A DNA stretch of 61,718 bases, counting the filler, from Sphacelaria rigidula (lineage: Eukaryota), in the NCBI GenBank assembly GCA_964200075.2. It is 10 parts of 10 records of this genome, joined end to end, with 100 filler letters (N's around TTAATTAATTAA, not from the genome) between each part and the next. Parts side by side here need not be neighbours in the genome. Positions count along the whole stretch, not along the records: positions 37,095 to 43,175 come from CAXNAA020022364.1; positions 43,276 to 49,356 come from CAXNAA020022365.1; positions 49,457 to 55,537 come from CAXNAA020022366.1; 7 more parts are not named here. The stretch is one strand, 5' to 3'. The position numbers were made by a program, and so were the translations under genes. The stretch's first letter is position 1. Each line of letters begins with the position of its first letter. The notes below the pieces were generated by a model that was given only the letters and a program-made list of their open reading frames with translations, did not search any database and was not told the origin of the DNA. Shown here piece after piece: positions 39,184-52,049 of this stretch.

Positions 39184-39843
39184 TGTTACGGCGGATACCG
39201 ACTGTATATATAGTAGGCGTTTCGGAGTACGCGTGGCATGGGCGATAGGTCGTATTCCAGCTGTACGTTAGTCGGGTTATATTCTAGTCAGGTTTCGCAG
39301 TATCACCCCCGGCCGGTCAGCCGTGTTTCAGCAACCAAGCGAGCCCAACAACAAAAACTATCAGCCACACTTGGAGACATCCTGCTTGCAAGCAAGGCAA
39401 GAGCACCTCTTCTGCCCGTGGAAGTGAGTCCCTGCTTGGCCTTATGATGCTGTGCTGGACGGACTCGAGGGTCTGTTACTCACGAGTTCAAGGGTGATAT
39501 CGGCTTCGCTGATGATATATGCGTGGAAGCCTCTTTGAGTGATAATCATTTACTGAGTCACGCCACTGCTGATCGCAAATGTAGCCCTTCTCTATACCGT
39601 GGCTTTGATTTGACACCTCCAGTAAATTTTGGCTACCCGTGGTCAGTAGCAGTGCATGCATTTGAAAACCTTTAGATTTTTTCATATTTTCCGTCTTCTC
39701 ATTGTCATACGTGACCTGTTTCCATGAGAGAGTTATCCTACGATAGGGAGGGTTTTTTGGGCCACGTTTTGCACGAAAATTCCTGGTCAAATCGTCGTTA
39801 AAAGTAGCAACGGTCGTTCGAACGAGCTTGTTTTAGATTAACA
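39184..39843 (+). repeat. Putative 3' LTR (start supported, end uncertain)
   Basis: Begins TG right after the polypurine tract. The end is only guessed at TTAACA. Confidence 0.35.
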
Positions 39844-40034
39844 ACGCTCATTCATACTGCTTGACACCGGTTTGAACCAAATACAAGCGCACCACGAGTG
39901 TGGCAGGTCGTCACATCTATCAGATTTATTTTTCGTGCGATCAAATACCCCCCTATCGAAGGATGACTCTCAACGTATTTGAACTGTGGTGCTCGCTGCA
40001 TCTGCTGGTATACATGGGCTCCTGGGTTATTTAT

Positions 40035-40660
40035 GCCCGGATTCTGGGATGCCTTCGGTTCCGCTGACAGCGGAGTAGGACAAAGTCCTCGCGTTAGCAA
40101 AGCGGTGGGTGTGGTGTTTTCCAACCTGTGAGCATTGTGCTATTTGGCGAAACATAATCGAAGGGCCCCTCGCTTCTTGTCATTTTGTGTCATGTTAGTG
40201 TGTCATGCGTGACATATTTCCATTAGATTCACTTGCACTTCGGGGTTGGTTGCATCAGCTAGTTATACATGACGGGGCACAAAGCGGTGGATATGATGTT
40301 TTTTGTCCGGTAAATACTGTGCTCTTTTGGCAAAACATCGTCAAAATGCCCCTTGCTTCTTGTCATCTTGTGTCATGTAAGTGTGTCATGATGTGTGACA
40401 TAGTTCTATTAGATACATTTTTTGCACTTTGGTGCTGAATGCACCTGCCGTCTATACATCACCAGGCACTGGGACACTGATCGGTCCACGGGCGCCTGGC
40501 CTATTGATGATCGGGTTCTAGGATGCCTTCAGTTTCGCTGACACCGAAGTAGAACAAAGTGCTCGCGTTAGTGACAAAGTGGTGGGTATGATGTTTTTCT
40601 TATCTTGTGAGCATTGTGCTCTTGTGGCGAAACATGGTCAAAGTGATCCTTGCTTCTTGT
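40035..40660. repeat. Imperfect tandem array (three related units) downstream of a Gypsy integrase
   Basis: CAAAG(C/T)GGTGG..TGTGCT..GGC(G/A)AAACAT..GCTTCTTGTC occurs at about 40097, 40280 and 40575. A further duplicated block lies at 40040 and 40515. Confidence 0.75.
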
Positions 40661-40857
40661 CCGCGACTACCCCCATTGCTGACTTCCTTGGGGTCTTGTA
40701 CCACCGTCACCGCTGACGTGTCATATGTTATTCCGTTCATGTAGGCATTGTTCTAACGTCGTGTTATGTGTTTCTCATTAATCTCCAAATTATGACCCCA
40801 GGCTACTACTCAACCCTTGAGCGTTTTGCTAGGACGCTCGAACAGTCTGTTGAACAG

Positions 40858-41520
40858 TCACTTCTGTTTTCGTTCCCCGGTGTCTTTGGATTTCGAGTGC
40901 GGACGTGAGCACTCGGCTAACCCATTGCCATGACGATATTTATCGATGAGATGTTTGCATTGTTTTATTTCATCAGCTCGATAGGTCAGGTCGGGTGCTG
41001 AGCCGTAGCCTTTGAGTGTCAACTGATATTTACGGTTATGGAGACTTCTCCGACCTGGTCCTGGAGCGTGGCCCACATTTGTGTCCATCACGTATCGTTC
41101 TACTTTAGGCAGTGTTTCGTCTGGTTGATCTATCTCTGATAGAGGTATCAATTTGCCTACGAACGACTCAATCAACATATCGAAATCTGGCGGTGGTGGT
41201 CTTTACCTAGGGTTCTTCATGTGAGCGAGATGTACCGACAATTCTTTAGAGTCGTCGCCTATTTTGATGTTATACTCAACCGGCGATTGTCTTCCGGTCA
41301 TCGTGAAAGGTCCTCTCCACGGTAATGGGAGTGCTGGGTCCGGCCCTTCTGAGTCCTGGTATGGTCGGTAACGGAAAACCTTCTGACCGGGTTTGAACAC
41401 TGGGAACGATTTTTAGTCGTTTTTGTATTCTTGCTCATTCGCTCTTTCTCGTAAAGCTTATCTCGCAATTTCAAATACCAACTGTGGGTTTTCCCGCGTT
41501 TCTTTTAAAAATCCTTCGGG
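40858..41520 (-). mobile_element. Gypsy integrase C-terminus: GPY/F module plus chromodomain-like region, degenerate
   Basis: FKPGQKVFRY..LPWRGPF..SPVEYNI..VHLAHMK (41203-41400), then YVMDTNVGH..KYQLTLKGYG..DLTYRADEI..LIDKYR (40858-41178). Confidence 0.85.
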
Positions 41521-41522
41521 AG

Positions 41523-43010
41523 TTAACAGTAGTTTCGTGAGATTGAGAGTCTACGATACGATAGAGAGTAGGCTTTTCATTCGATTCAGCTGCCGGTTAT
41601 GCCTGCATCATTAATGGAGAAAACTCTTACCTCGGACATTGGTGAAAAATCCTGCCGGCAAACCTGACAATGTTTCCGTGAAATTGAGCGTTGAAGGTAC
41701 GATCGAGAGTGAGGTCTTATTCATAACATGACTCGCTTCGCCGGTTCCGATAATGAGACGAAAAGTTTACATGTGTAGCATGTTGAACATTCCTGTCACC
41801 CGTTGCCTGAATGGAATGGCAGAATAATGTTGGACAATGTTGCGCGCTGGCCCACAGGTCGCATTTGTGGAAAAATGCACCGTTCAAGATGTCTCCAAAG
41901 TAGTGTGAGTCGTGCGGTTCGAGTAAAAGATACGATTTAGCCAGGTTGTGCCCGAATTCATTCGCAAATGCAGTTGATGCCACCATTCGTCGTGTGGACT
42001 TGGGACTCGTGGGTATCTTAAAATCACTTTTCTGCTCACAAATTTCGCCCAGTTTCCGTCTTTATTTTTAAAAGCGCAAGTCATCGCGTGTGATATGATT
42101 GCTGATATCCCGCCTTCTCGTGCCGAGAAAAGTCGCAAAGCGTGGTGGGACCCTGGGTTCTGTTCCATGATCTCACCCTCGATGGGAGCGGATCATAACA
42201 AATTCTCTTGCACGAAGCCAATGGAGCGCCTCCCGTCTATGAGCTGCAGCAAATCGATTTTGCCGGGGACTCTCGCCAACCGCATCGGATATCCCAAAAT
42301 GCACTCAAAACATGTGCCGACGGACCCATCAAGAATAGCTCATAACCCATCAACACGGGAAAACAAATACTACCGCATCAGCAAATTAGCTGTAAAACAC
42401 CGGGAGCACTTGGAACTGGCGACCCAAAGAAAAAACATCATGCTGTGCTGAACAGCAATCGACGGTACAACGAACACCGGACGCTAGGTCTCGGTAGACT
42501 CCAAGATCACTGCTCCTGCTTCACCTCTACCCCATCCGTGCTCTCCTCCTTGAGGGACAGTACGTGGCCTACACAAATCGCTGACTCTGCGCAATTTGAT
42601 GTCACGCCGAGCGTCGACACGTGAAAGAGATGCGTCTTGCACGTCTTCTGCATGATCCTGCGGAAATGATTGATCGGGGGCAGCGGCAAAGAGTACGGGT
42701 GATCGCAAGAGTTAATGGGGCAGGTTACAGTGGATAAATCGGGCGCTCCAGTACAGCTGGGCGAATTTCAACAACTTCAAATTAGAAACTGGCGCAAACA
42801 GGACGTCCTTCTGTCCCGTGTGGGGATGATGCTTCCAAACGTATCCATTCACTTGGCACCACGTGAGGACGATACCGACATATTCAACACTAGGCGGGTA
42901 CTCACGATCTAAGAGACTTGGACTCATCATGCCGAGCAGCTGGGCACTCTCGACTCCGGCGACATCAGACACGACATCCTCCAAGGCCTTGTCGAGCTCG
43001 ATCGTGTCTC
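41523..43010 (+). mobile_element. Short-LTR-like family: ~116-bp terminal unit ending CA, a TGGTG site resembling a primer-binding site (PBS), and an internal region with no recognised protein
   Basis: It interrupts the Gypsy integrase. ...CTCGGACA-T-TGGTGAAAAATCCTGCCGG lies at 41631-41658. Homologous to 19187-20623. Confidence 0.55.
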
Positions 43011-43058
43011 CGTCGAGGAGTTTTGTCTGGTTCGTGGAAAAGGCGCCAGCGAAAGGAG

Positions 43059-43175
43059 CTTTTTCTTTTGTATTTGTTTTTAGTACCCCACCTTCCTTCC
43101 GCGGTGCTTTCCTTCTTTTTTTTTCGCGAGAGGGGTTCAGCAGTCCCTTTCCCTTGTCGACCGTCATGTCTATTT
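43059..43175 (-). mobile_element. SINE body fragment (family of 14901-15291)
   Basis: TAGTACCCCACCTTCCTTCCGCGGTGCT..CCCTTTCCCTTGTCGACCGTC matches the reverse complement of about 15040-15150. Confidence 0.75.
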
Positions 43176-43386
43176 NNNNNNNNNNNNNNNNNNNNNNNNN
43201 NNNNNNNNNNNNNNNNNNNTTAATTAATTAANNNNNNNNNNNNNNNNNNNNNNNNNNNNNNNNNNNNNNNNNNNNAATGCCTTTGCTTGCCCCGGCCCGT
43301 ATTGTATGTACCCCCTGACTGTTCCCTCTTTTTTTTTTTTTTCCTCCCTGGTTTATTTCCTTGGTTTCTTGGTTTCTTGTTCCAAG

Positions 43387-46300
43387 GGTTGCTGCGAAAC
43401 ATTGGCCAGCTGTCGCTGAAGCTCAAGAATGACAGCGGAGCTCAGTATGCTTTTTACGACTGCGCTATGTCGCCATGGAAGATCTTCATGCGCGGCTTAC
43501 AAGGCAAGACGGGGAACACCGAGAAACATGTCGCTACTTTTCGTGTCTCGTTGTTCCGTCTTTTTTCGTCGAGGGTTACTCACGTGTCTGTCGCGCGTGA
43601 GTGGGGGAGGACTGCCTGCGCAGTACTGGAGAAATAGTTTTCATTGGATGCGCAAAGCTCCTTCCATAGACAGACACGTGCAGGACTTGACTACAGAGAG
43701 GACCGCAGTGTAGACGAGGTAACTTGGAATATCCTGAACACAGAGCGTTTCTGGAGGCACGCCCTAGTTTTACTTCGCACCGTCTGCCATGACCCCCCCC
43801 CCCCCTCCTGCTCCGTTTCGAAGGAATGCGTAGTCAATGGTCAAACGACTCAGGCAAGCAACAAATGAGTACGTCCCTCCTCTCCCTCGTGCTCCCTACC
43901 GTCTACATCTACTCACGCCCAGCCTCGTCGTACTCTCTCGAGGTCGTGGCACCGGCCTCCGAAAAAGTTGTCAACCGCCACCGCGCCGTGCCGATGGTGA
44001 TGTGGACAGAGACTCCGGAAATGTACGCTACCGTAACGGAACCCTATCTGGATAAAGTCTTGGGCAATGGTAATTCGCTGTCATGGCTATACAACGTGCT
44101 CTCCAAGGAAAAAGAGGCAGACCGGGTGCTGTACGAGGACGACGACGAGGTGCGCCGGGTAGTTGCCGCATGAATTGCAAATGCAAGGCGGGTCTGGGGT
44201 CGTGTTTTTTACTTTCCCTCCGTTGTCGTTTCATTTCCCACCGAGATGTTTTCCTGTTCAGCAGACTCACCCACTTGTGTTGGCCGTCCTGCGGTAACGC
44301 CTTACTTCTTTCGTGTCTGGAATGCCATGATGATTGATGATTGGGAGACCTCTCCATGTCCCCTTGGCTAACAACTCACCTCACTAATATGTTTACTTCC
44401 CTATGCAGGAGTATGGGTTTTTGATGAATGTGGACACCAAGTGGCGCACGCACCCCGACGTCCAAACCGTACCTCGTGAGCAATGGCGCGACCACCCTAG
44501 CGTGACGGACCTTTACTGCCTTGGGATCTGTCACAGGAGGGACATCCGGACCATTAGAGACCTGCGCGCGACGCACCTCCCGATGCTCAGGGCGTTGTAC
44601 ACGTAAGTCTGGGTGGTTGAGCGGTGCGTGCAGATTGACTTGTGTCATGTGAGGGGTGAATTTGATTTGGCTTGTTCATGTACTCTTTTGGGTTTCCGTG
44701 GCTCTTCACGTGACCATCGTCGCACGTGTCTTTTGCACGTTGACGCGTTTGCCGGCCGGCTCGGCGCGGTCATGAGTTTTTTTTGTCGATGCCGGTCAAT
44801 GGAAAGGATTCGCAAGAAGTGCCGTGTGATCGCGCCCTTCGTTCTTGGACTGTGTGTGAGTGCTGTGGTTGAAGGCGTTCAGGGCGACCCCTACACTTTT
44901 CGGAATGTGAAAAATTGCGTTCTCATCTCTTCACCAGAGAACAAAACCTCCCTCATGTTGACATCAATAGCAGCAATGGTCCTCACGCATGCTAAACCGT
45001 ACAAATTAATGCCGTGCCGCTATGCCCGCTTCGGTGGTTGTGCGTCGAGAGGCGGACTGTTTATCTTCAAAACACAATGAGTATTATCCAGTGACTGTCT
45101 AGACATTACAAGAAAAAAATGTTGGGTAAGCGATAGGACACAGTCTGCTGTCCAGGCGGTTTACTATTTCTTGTCGCGAGCGCTGCGCTGATCCCAAGAG
45201 AGCCACATGATAGTCAGTTCTAGCGTTGTCATAGGTGCGTCTAGGTCATGATTTTGCTTGGTAGGTCTCGATCCCGTCTACCCCGAAAAAATCCCAAGCA
45301 CTTGGTGTATGGAGCGCCAAAGTTAGATGGTTGTGGTCCGCTTGATGCAGGCAAGGCGTGAAGACGATTAAGGATGTGTACGGAGTGCCCGAGGACCAGC
45401 TGAGGGTGTTCGTGCACTACATGCCGCAGTTCTTCCACTTTCATGTTCACTTCACGAGGTACGGTGGGAGATCGACCCGAGCCCGAGTGTGTGTGTGTGT
45501 GTGTGTGTTGTCATCCCATCTATTCTAAACGCCGGTCTATACCTTTCGGTAGATGTGGGCGTACCAGCCGGGGTCACACGGGAGGAAGGCCAAGACAGGA
45601 GTTTGTTTGTTTGTTTGTTTGTTTTAGTTCTCCACGTTCCTTCTGCGGTGCTCGCCTTTTTTTATCGCGAGAGTGGTCTAGCAGTCAGTCCCTTTCCCTC
45701 GTCGACCATCAAGTCGAATACAGTTGAAAAAAGTGTAGTGCAAGCAGTATTAGGGGTGATGCGTGAGAGCGAGACAGGAGGGGTGATGCTTTGCGAAGGA
45801 TTCGGGGAGGACACCAGCTGCGCTTGATGCGTGGGGCATTGGTTGGACGGCATCTTGCAGGAGATCAACACGTGATTTTGCAGAGCAACTTGTTACGCCG
45901 TTCCCGCGTTGCCAGCGTGTATCTAAAGGTAGTGTTCGTGGTCACTTCCATGAAGGGAAGGGCCACCGGTCATTTTGTGTCGGTTGCTAAGGGTAACCTC
46001 CACATGATCATTGCAGCCATGAGCAAACCCTCCGGGCTGGCTGCGTGTGTGTTTTATGTATACTCGCGTACATGTGGGATGGTGACTTCAACGCCATGAA
46101 ATTCATTGAAGAACACACGGCGGATATGACCCGTAGCAAGCACGGTCCCAAACCGAAATATGTATATTTTGAACAATTTTTCGCTTTGTGACGTTTCTCT
46201 TGCTTCGTGCGCCTGTCCCTCCATGCGTCCCTGCGCGTGCTCGTGTTATTTATTGGTCGTAAAACGTGTTGACAGAGTAAATAATACGATTGGTGTAGAG

Positions 46301-46453
46301 GCGGAGAAGGCGCACTTGCTGCAAGACATCATCCAGAACTTGGAGATGGACAACAGCTTTTACCAGGAGCGCAAGATGCAGTTCAGACTCCACGAGAACG
46401 ACGCTCTCCACCTTGCTCTCAAGGTGGATGAGGAGCGACCTCGTGAAGAATGA
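43387..46453 (+). CDS. DCPS: m7GpppX diphosphatase (scavenger mRNA decapping enzyme), 5'-partial; exons 43387-43503, 43923-44149, 44409-44602, 45351-45458, 46276-46453
   Basis: Phase-consistent exons give ETPEMY, SWLYNVL..KEADRVLYED, GFLMNVDTKW, DIRTIRDLRATHLPML, QLRVFVHYMPQFFHFHVH (HIT motif) and AHLLQDIIQNLE, ending in a TGA stop. The first donor is tentatively GC. Confidence 0.95.
45487..45718 (-). mobile_element. SINE 3' part with (GT)n tail, in a DCPS intron
   Basis: The reverse complement matches about 15035-15270, including the tail. Confidence 0.85.
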
Positions 46454-49289
46454 AGCGGGGCTTCTCAACCGGTGCGACCGAACATGTCATGGCAGACCAA
46501 CCAGCCATCACCGCCGGTGAAAGTCCTGACCGCCGCGCAATCCGATGACCAAGCGCTGGTGGCGCAAAAAAAACTACTTGGGGTGACCAGCCACTCGAGG
46601 CTCTGACCGAGCCCGCCGATACAGGTGGAAACCCTGATCGGACCAACCAGTGAACCGGTAATGGCCTTCTAAGTTTGCCCTGGCTGATCCGCCGTGGGTC
46701 CCTGACCGGATTCAATCCGCCAGCGGCGCAATCCGGGCCACCCAAAGCTAGCAGACCGCTGAATGGCGTTCTCAACATTCGAGTGTGGCCCACCAGCCAC
46801 TCGAGAAGTTCTTCGGTGGACACACCGGCTATGTATCGACGCCAGAAGGCCAGGATCGAACCGAATGGCCGAAAGTCAAATATCCTTGTGGAGAGCCGAC
46901 CGGCGACGGTTAAGATTGGAAATAGGTCCTTTCAACCACCCAAGATAAGTTACCTAGTAGGTTTCCGCTGGGTGACGACGGTGGCGACGACCTCCAAGAC
47001 GGATCGCTGCTGACCAATCATCCTGAACACCGGTTTCCTCATGCATATCTGCACGGAATATGTATGTACACCAGGGGGGTAGTTAGCGAACAACGGTACG
47101 GTGTGGATACATATGACCCCGCAGAAGAGTGCCGGTTCGTCTAGGATAGAGCCAGCAGCACAGTCAACATTCATGGATGTGGCGCTCCAGGACACGAGCA
47201 CCTTCGTGAGAACTCCTGAGGGGGCTGCCCTGTGCTCTCCATCCAGCGATCCGCATGATGTTGCTCCGACCATGTCAATCACCGCTGAGCGATGTATCCA
47301 AAATTTTGAACCTTGTCCACGACCTAGCTGGTGTCGATAATCTGTCTGTGGCAATTGGTAGTGAGTTCACCTTGCGGTTGATCGGCCGTGAACGTACTGG
47401 GATGTCGAGAGACCGATGTTTTGGTGTCAAAATGAGTCGTGAACCATGTCGTGCGGTACCAAAGTTCTGTCGTCGTGTTTTGATTTACAGGCTCCCCCCC
47501 ACCTTACCGGAAATTGGTTCGTATTGCTTCTCTTCGTTTATTGTTCTGATTTACCACGTGGCCTACCTTCGGGGTGTGTGTCGTCGGTATTTGGTAATCG
47601 TCGTGTGTCTCAACGAGCTTGCGTCTTCCCTCCTCCTTTTTCCCTCTGCGTGTTAGACGGGGTGCGGTTTCCCGCAGGCCGTGCAAGGTTCAAATGAGAC
47701 GTTTAGGTGATTTTAGATTAGAGAAGGAATTCGAGGAAGTTCACTGTCGTTTGAATAGGGAAAACGCGTCATATTGAAAATATGTAAAATCTTCATTTGT
47801 CTGAGAACGCAGTGGGAAAATTCCCCGCCCTGCTGACAGGCCGGCATCTCATTCTCTCGAGCTCTGAGAGGCCTGCATCTGGTTTTCACTTGATTTTAGT
47901 GTTTTTGATTCACCGTATTTTAGCCCTCGAGAGATATGCCGCCTGACTTGAGGTGAAGTGAGCTCTGTCTTTATTCGGGTTCAGGTTACGTTGCTTTCCG
48001 CACAGTGATAAGTATGCATTATGGCATTGCGATGCGCCCCATTCGGTGCGCGTCTACTCTATTCGCTTGTCTCTGTTCTTCTGTAAACTGGACGTAGCTC
48101 CGTTTTTAGCTGTTTTGATTGCTATGATACACAGAGGAATCTCTCGCGCGCTGAAGAACAATATTTTCCATTTTTGGATCCGGCAGTTGAAAATTGAAGA
48201 CTGAATCAGCACCATTTTTACCGGTAGACTTCTGACCCGTGCAGTTGGGAAAAAACAACAGTATGGCTCGCGTCCCTGCTGTAGAAAATCGAATTGGCTT
48301 AATTTTTTTGTTGTTGACCGCCGTATCTGAGGTATCTTTTCCTCGGGTCTATCTGGCCACATTCTGCTGTTGAAACCGGTGAAAATGCTCTCCTCTCGGA
48401 TCTTCCATTCTGTGACCGCTCTGAAAACAGCTGAAAACGGTTTCATCTCGAGACAAATGGCTTCTAACGGCCTCGGGTCGAAGTGCACCCCACCCTTTGT
48501 GAGCCTTTTAGATTTGATCCACCCTTCAACTGGTGAAAATGCTCTTGTTCGGTCTCCTCTTCTGTGGCCGCTCGGACAACTGCCGAGAAGCTCTCATCTC
48601 GGTTCAGACATGAGTTGTAATATTTTCGTGAAATCATATGCCACTCCCAAGACATGTGCCACGATACGCACTTGGCGCATGTACCACATTACGCAACGCA
48701 CATGATTATCGCCGGCTCTCATGTATCTTGGAACCGATCCATTGAGGATGGTGGCTTACGCCGCCGAAACACTTGCATAAAATGTATATTTGAGTCTCGA
48801 CTGGTACAATCGTGGCTTCATTTGAAGCAAAGGTGGATTCATACATGTTTGTTTGCAGGAATTGGTATGGAGAACTTGGGATGTTTCGCGAGAGGGAGAA
48901 CTTGAGATGTTTCGCGAGAGGGAGCTCTTCGCATGACAGTTCACCATTCATTGACGGCGGACGGTATAGTGGGTGGTCGAACAATTGCACACGCGGGATA
49001 AATGGAAGGCGTCTAGTGCGGTGGCAATAAAACCCCCAATAGACGAGTACATTACCACTGATCATGTATATCAACACAAGAACTAAAAGTCCATGGCTGC
49101 TGACCATGTATATTGATACAAAAATTGAGAGTTCATTGCTGCTGACATGTATATATATATATATATCGATCCAAAAGTTGAGAAATCTGTTGCAAAGGAT
49201 AATATATATGTATATTAATAGGAAATTTCCATCTTCAATTTGCATCGATGAAATAAACCAAAATTTGTCACTACGGGTAACGACAAGTA

Positions 49290-49356
49290 AAAGTGTTTTC
49301 GTGAGATTGAGAGTAGATGATATGATTGAGAGTGGCTTTGATTATTCGCTTCAAGT
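49290..49356 (+). repeat. Start of the short-LTR-like family at a contig end
   Basis: AGTGTTTTCGTGAGATTGAGAGTAGATGATATGATTGAGAGTG is nearly identical to 24563-24605. Confidence 0.75.
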
Positions 49357-49529
49357 NNNNNNNNNNNNNNNNNNNNNNNNNNNNNNNNNNNNNNNNNNNN
49401 TTAATTAATTAANNNNNNNNNNNNNNNNNNNNNNNNNNNNNNNNNNNNNNNNNNNNTTTTCCCCCGTTCTTCTCCCTGCTTCCCGCGAGACCCCCCCTCC
49501 CCCCCCCCCCCCCCCCGAGCTCTGACAAC

Positions 49530-49593
49530 CCCCGTATGTCTCGGGACCGTCAGCCTGTACAACTGTTCCGAGGCGACGCTCGTCGTCTAAGGG
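49530..49593 (+). repeat. Dispersed repeat; second copy at about 56402-56465
   Basis: GTCAGCCTGT..AACTGTTCCGAGGCGACGCTCG is shared between contigs 9 and 10. Confidence 0.7.
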
Positions 49594-49960
49594 TTCACTG
49601 CTGCCGAACATGCTGGTCATATCTTTCGCTGTTGTTGGATAAGCGATGTTATGATGAGGTTTTTCGTATTGCGTCGAGACCTGGCTATGTCCGCCCCGGG
49701 TCTATAAGGTCACATCTTGACTGAATGAAATTCGTCGTTGATTTGAATTTATTATTGCTTCGAAGTATACACCGACGGTCATTTTCTGCTCAATGAAGGG
49801 CAAAGAAACTCAAAATATCCCAACGCAGCTGTGACTTGGTGCCGAACACATGATATGATAGTATCTCTCGATATTTATACGACTAGAGTCCAGCAATGAC
49901 CCAACCATGGCTCGAACGAAAGCCCCAAGTGTGGGCAACAGATTGAGTACATTTACTGTT

Positions 49961-50403
49961 AACGGCCGATCATCGGAATTGAGGATGGAGCTTTTCAATA
50001 AGGATGGGAACCCGGAGGACGAAAATCTTCGTATCCACACCAAATCTTCGAGATATGGTTCCATTCCTGCACCTACGGGTAGCTTTTGACATATGCTACA
50101 CGCCCGATAAATTTGGATATCACTCACCGGAATGCTGGGGTCCTAGTCGAAGAAAACATTTTGGGGAATTCCGACAATCCGATCGGATCGTCGAAATTAC
50201 CCAAAAAATGTGTTTCACGTCGGACCCCAACATTTCGGATGTCGAAATCCATATGTTTATGGGCGTGTAGTACTTGTCAATAGCTACCAGTAGGTGAAGG
50301 AGTGGCCATAGTTCGAAGATTTGGTGTGAATACGAAGAGTTTTGTCCTCCGGATTCTCATCCTCAATAAAAAGCTCCATCCTCAATTTCAACGATCGGCC
50401 GTT
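49961..50403. repeat. Spacer-less foldback palindrome with ~220-bp arms
   Basis: The arms pair imperfectly from AACGGCCGATC/GATCGGCCGTT inwards to the centre ATCCGATCGGAT (50177-50188). Confidence 0.9.
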
Positions 50404-51750
50404 TGTTGCCTGCCGTTACGAAATTCTGCGCCAAATGTCCTCTGAAGATGGAGCAATGCTGTGCGTGAGATTTTCGCTTGGTTTGGTGATCGTTTATTTC
50501 TCCCATCATTGGGCATTCATTGCTTGGCATTATAGCTGGTGAGTTCTGAGGGGACGCGCACCGCGCTTTGGCATTGAAGAATCGTATAGAAGAGCTATTA
50601 ATGTCTCGGCGTGTAGGTCATATTCGCCGCTTCTTATGGAGTTTGACAAAAAATGTCGTGTTTTTTTTACACTTTTTTGCTCACACGCTTGACTGATGAC
50701 GAAATAGCTCTCCCCACGAAAGTGACTGGTTTGAGGAGGCAAAATCTACATGTAAATAAGAATGACGAAAGAAGCCAGGCACATCGAGCATTTGGGAAAT
50801 CCCGCGGGTGGGGTCGTTTGCGCTAATCATAATGTCGCCCATATGATGCGCCTCATGCAATCCGAAACCAGCTATCATGCCATGTATGACCTTTTTCGTC
50901 GTGACAGTTTTGGGGCTAGTTTGGGGTCTATCGCGGCATCAGTGGTTTGTGAACACCATTGATCCCTTTGGGCGAGTTCAAGTCCGGCACGCCAGCTGGC
51001 AGGGCAACCTTTGCAGGCGGGGTTGTACTCGGCTATGCATGACACATTTGGAGATGGCACACGAATCGTGAAAAAGGCAGAATGGCACATACAAAATATC
51101 GCGCAGAGAAACTCTGACATAGCCATCAGCCATTGTCTTGCGAAGACGGGAGGCAGTGCGGAAGAAACAGACACCCCGCCGTCGAAGATACCACCAGTCT
51201 CCGTTCCCGGTGACTTCTCAACATCCACAAACGATGTGATGTCGTCAACAATAACCAATGAATTCACCACTGTTACCATGCTGTTGTAGAGCTTGTGCAC
51301 CATGGCCGACCCAGCTTCCACGAGCTGCTCGTGAAACCTGTAAAGACAGTCTGCCTCCAGACTCGATAACATTATTTGCTCGCCGCGTGCATGTGGGGCG
51401 TGTTCGGCTGTATCGCTTTCTCAAACATCTCCGATCTAGTTCGGAAAGTCGGGGCATTCAATCAAATGATTGTATGAGCAATGCTTTTCGTCGAATAGTT
51501 GTTCATTTTCCAAATAATTTACCAAAAAAGCATCCCACGAGGAATGGAGTCTCAGAAATCTGTCCGAATCCGACGAAATAAGTTTCCCCAAACTGATTTT
51601 TTTCGTAGCATAAAATGAAAAGCGAGCACCGGTGATCATTTTTCGTGATCATGTTACAAGCACCGCCACACAAAATTATAGGTCTCATCGTACTTTTCGG
51701 GGGCGCGCGCGGGTGGGGAGAGGGTACCCATGATCTTGCATGCTGTAGCC

Positions 51751-52006
51751 GAAGGATACTTCGGTAGGGGTATACACATGTTTTCTGAAGTTGGAATTGT
51801 CAGGAGCCCTGTACCTCCTCCAAAACACGACTTATGAATTTTGAGGGCGTACGCCAGGATCACCATTCCAATGTGCCAGGGATATCCCGAATGAATTCGC
51901 TAATGAGGATGCCCTGACCCGTATTCTTGTGCGTCAAGAATCGTCAGGAGCCCCTGAACCAAACACGAATCTGCGCAAAAACTTCACTCCTACCGTAGCA
52001 TTGTTC
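51751..52006 (+). mobile_element. Sola2-like MITE, copy 1
   Basis: Imperfect 20-bp TIR GAAGGATACTTCGGTAGGGG / CTCCTACCGTAGCATTGTTC and a 4-bp TSD AGCC. Confidence 0.8.
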
Positions 52007-52049
52007 AGCCGTATGACTATCAACCTCGTATCCCTACAAAGGCGGGACG

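Noticed and set aside
43664..43698. Extra 35-nt DCPS exon (AG...GT bounded)
   Set aside because: It would break phase with the next acceptor.
48370..48926. Short local duplications (~90 bp at 48370/48525, 26 bp at 48872-48926)
   Set aside because: They are real but small, and I could not define element ends or a function.
50875..51372. 165-aa ORF as a gene
   Set aside because: It has no recognisable motif or splice support and lies in repeat-like sequence, so I left it uncalled.
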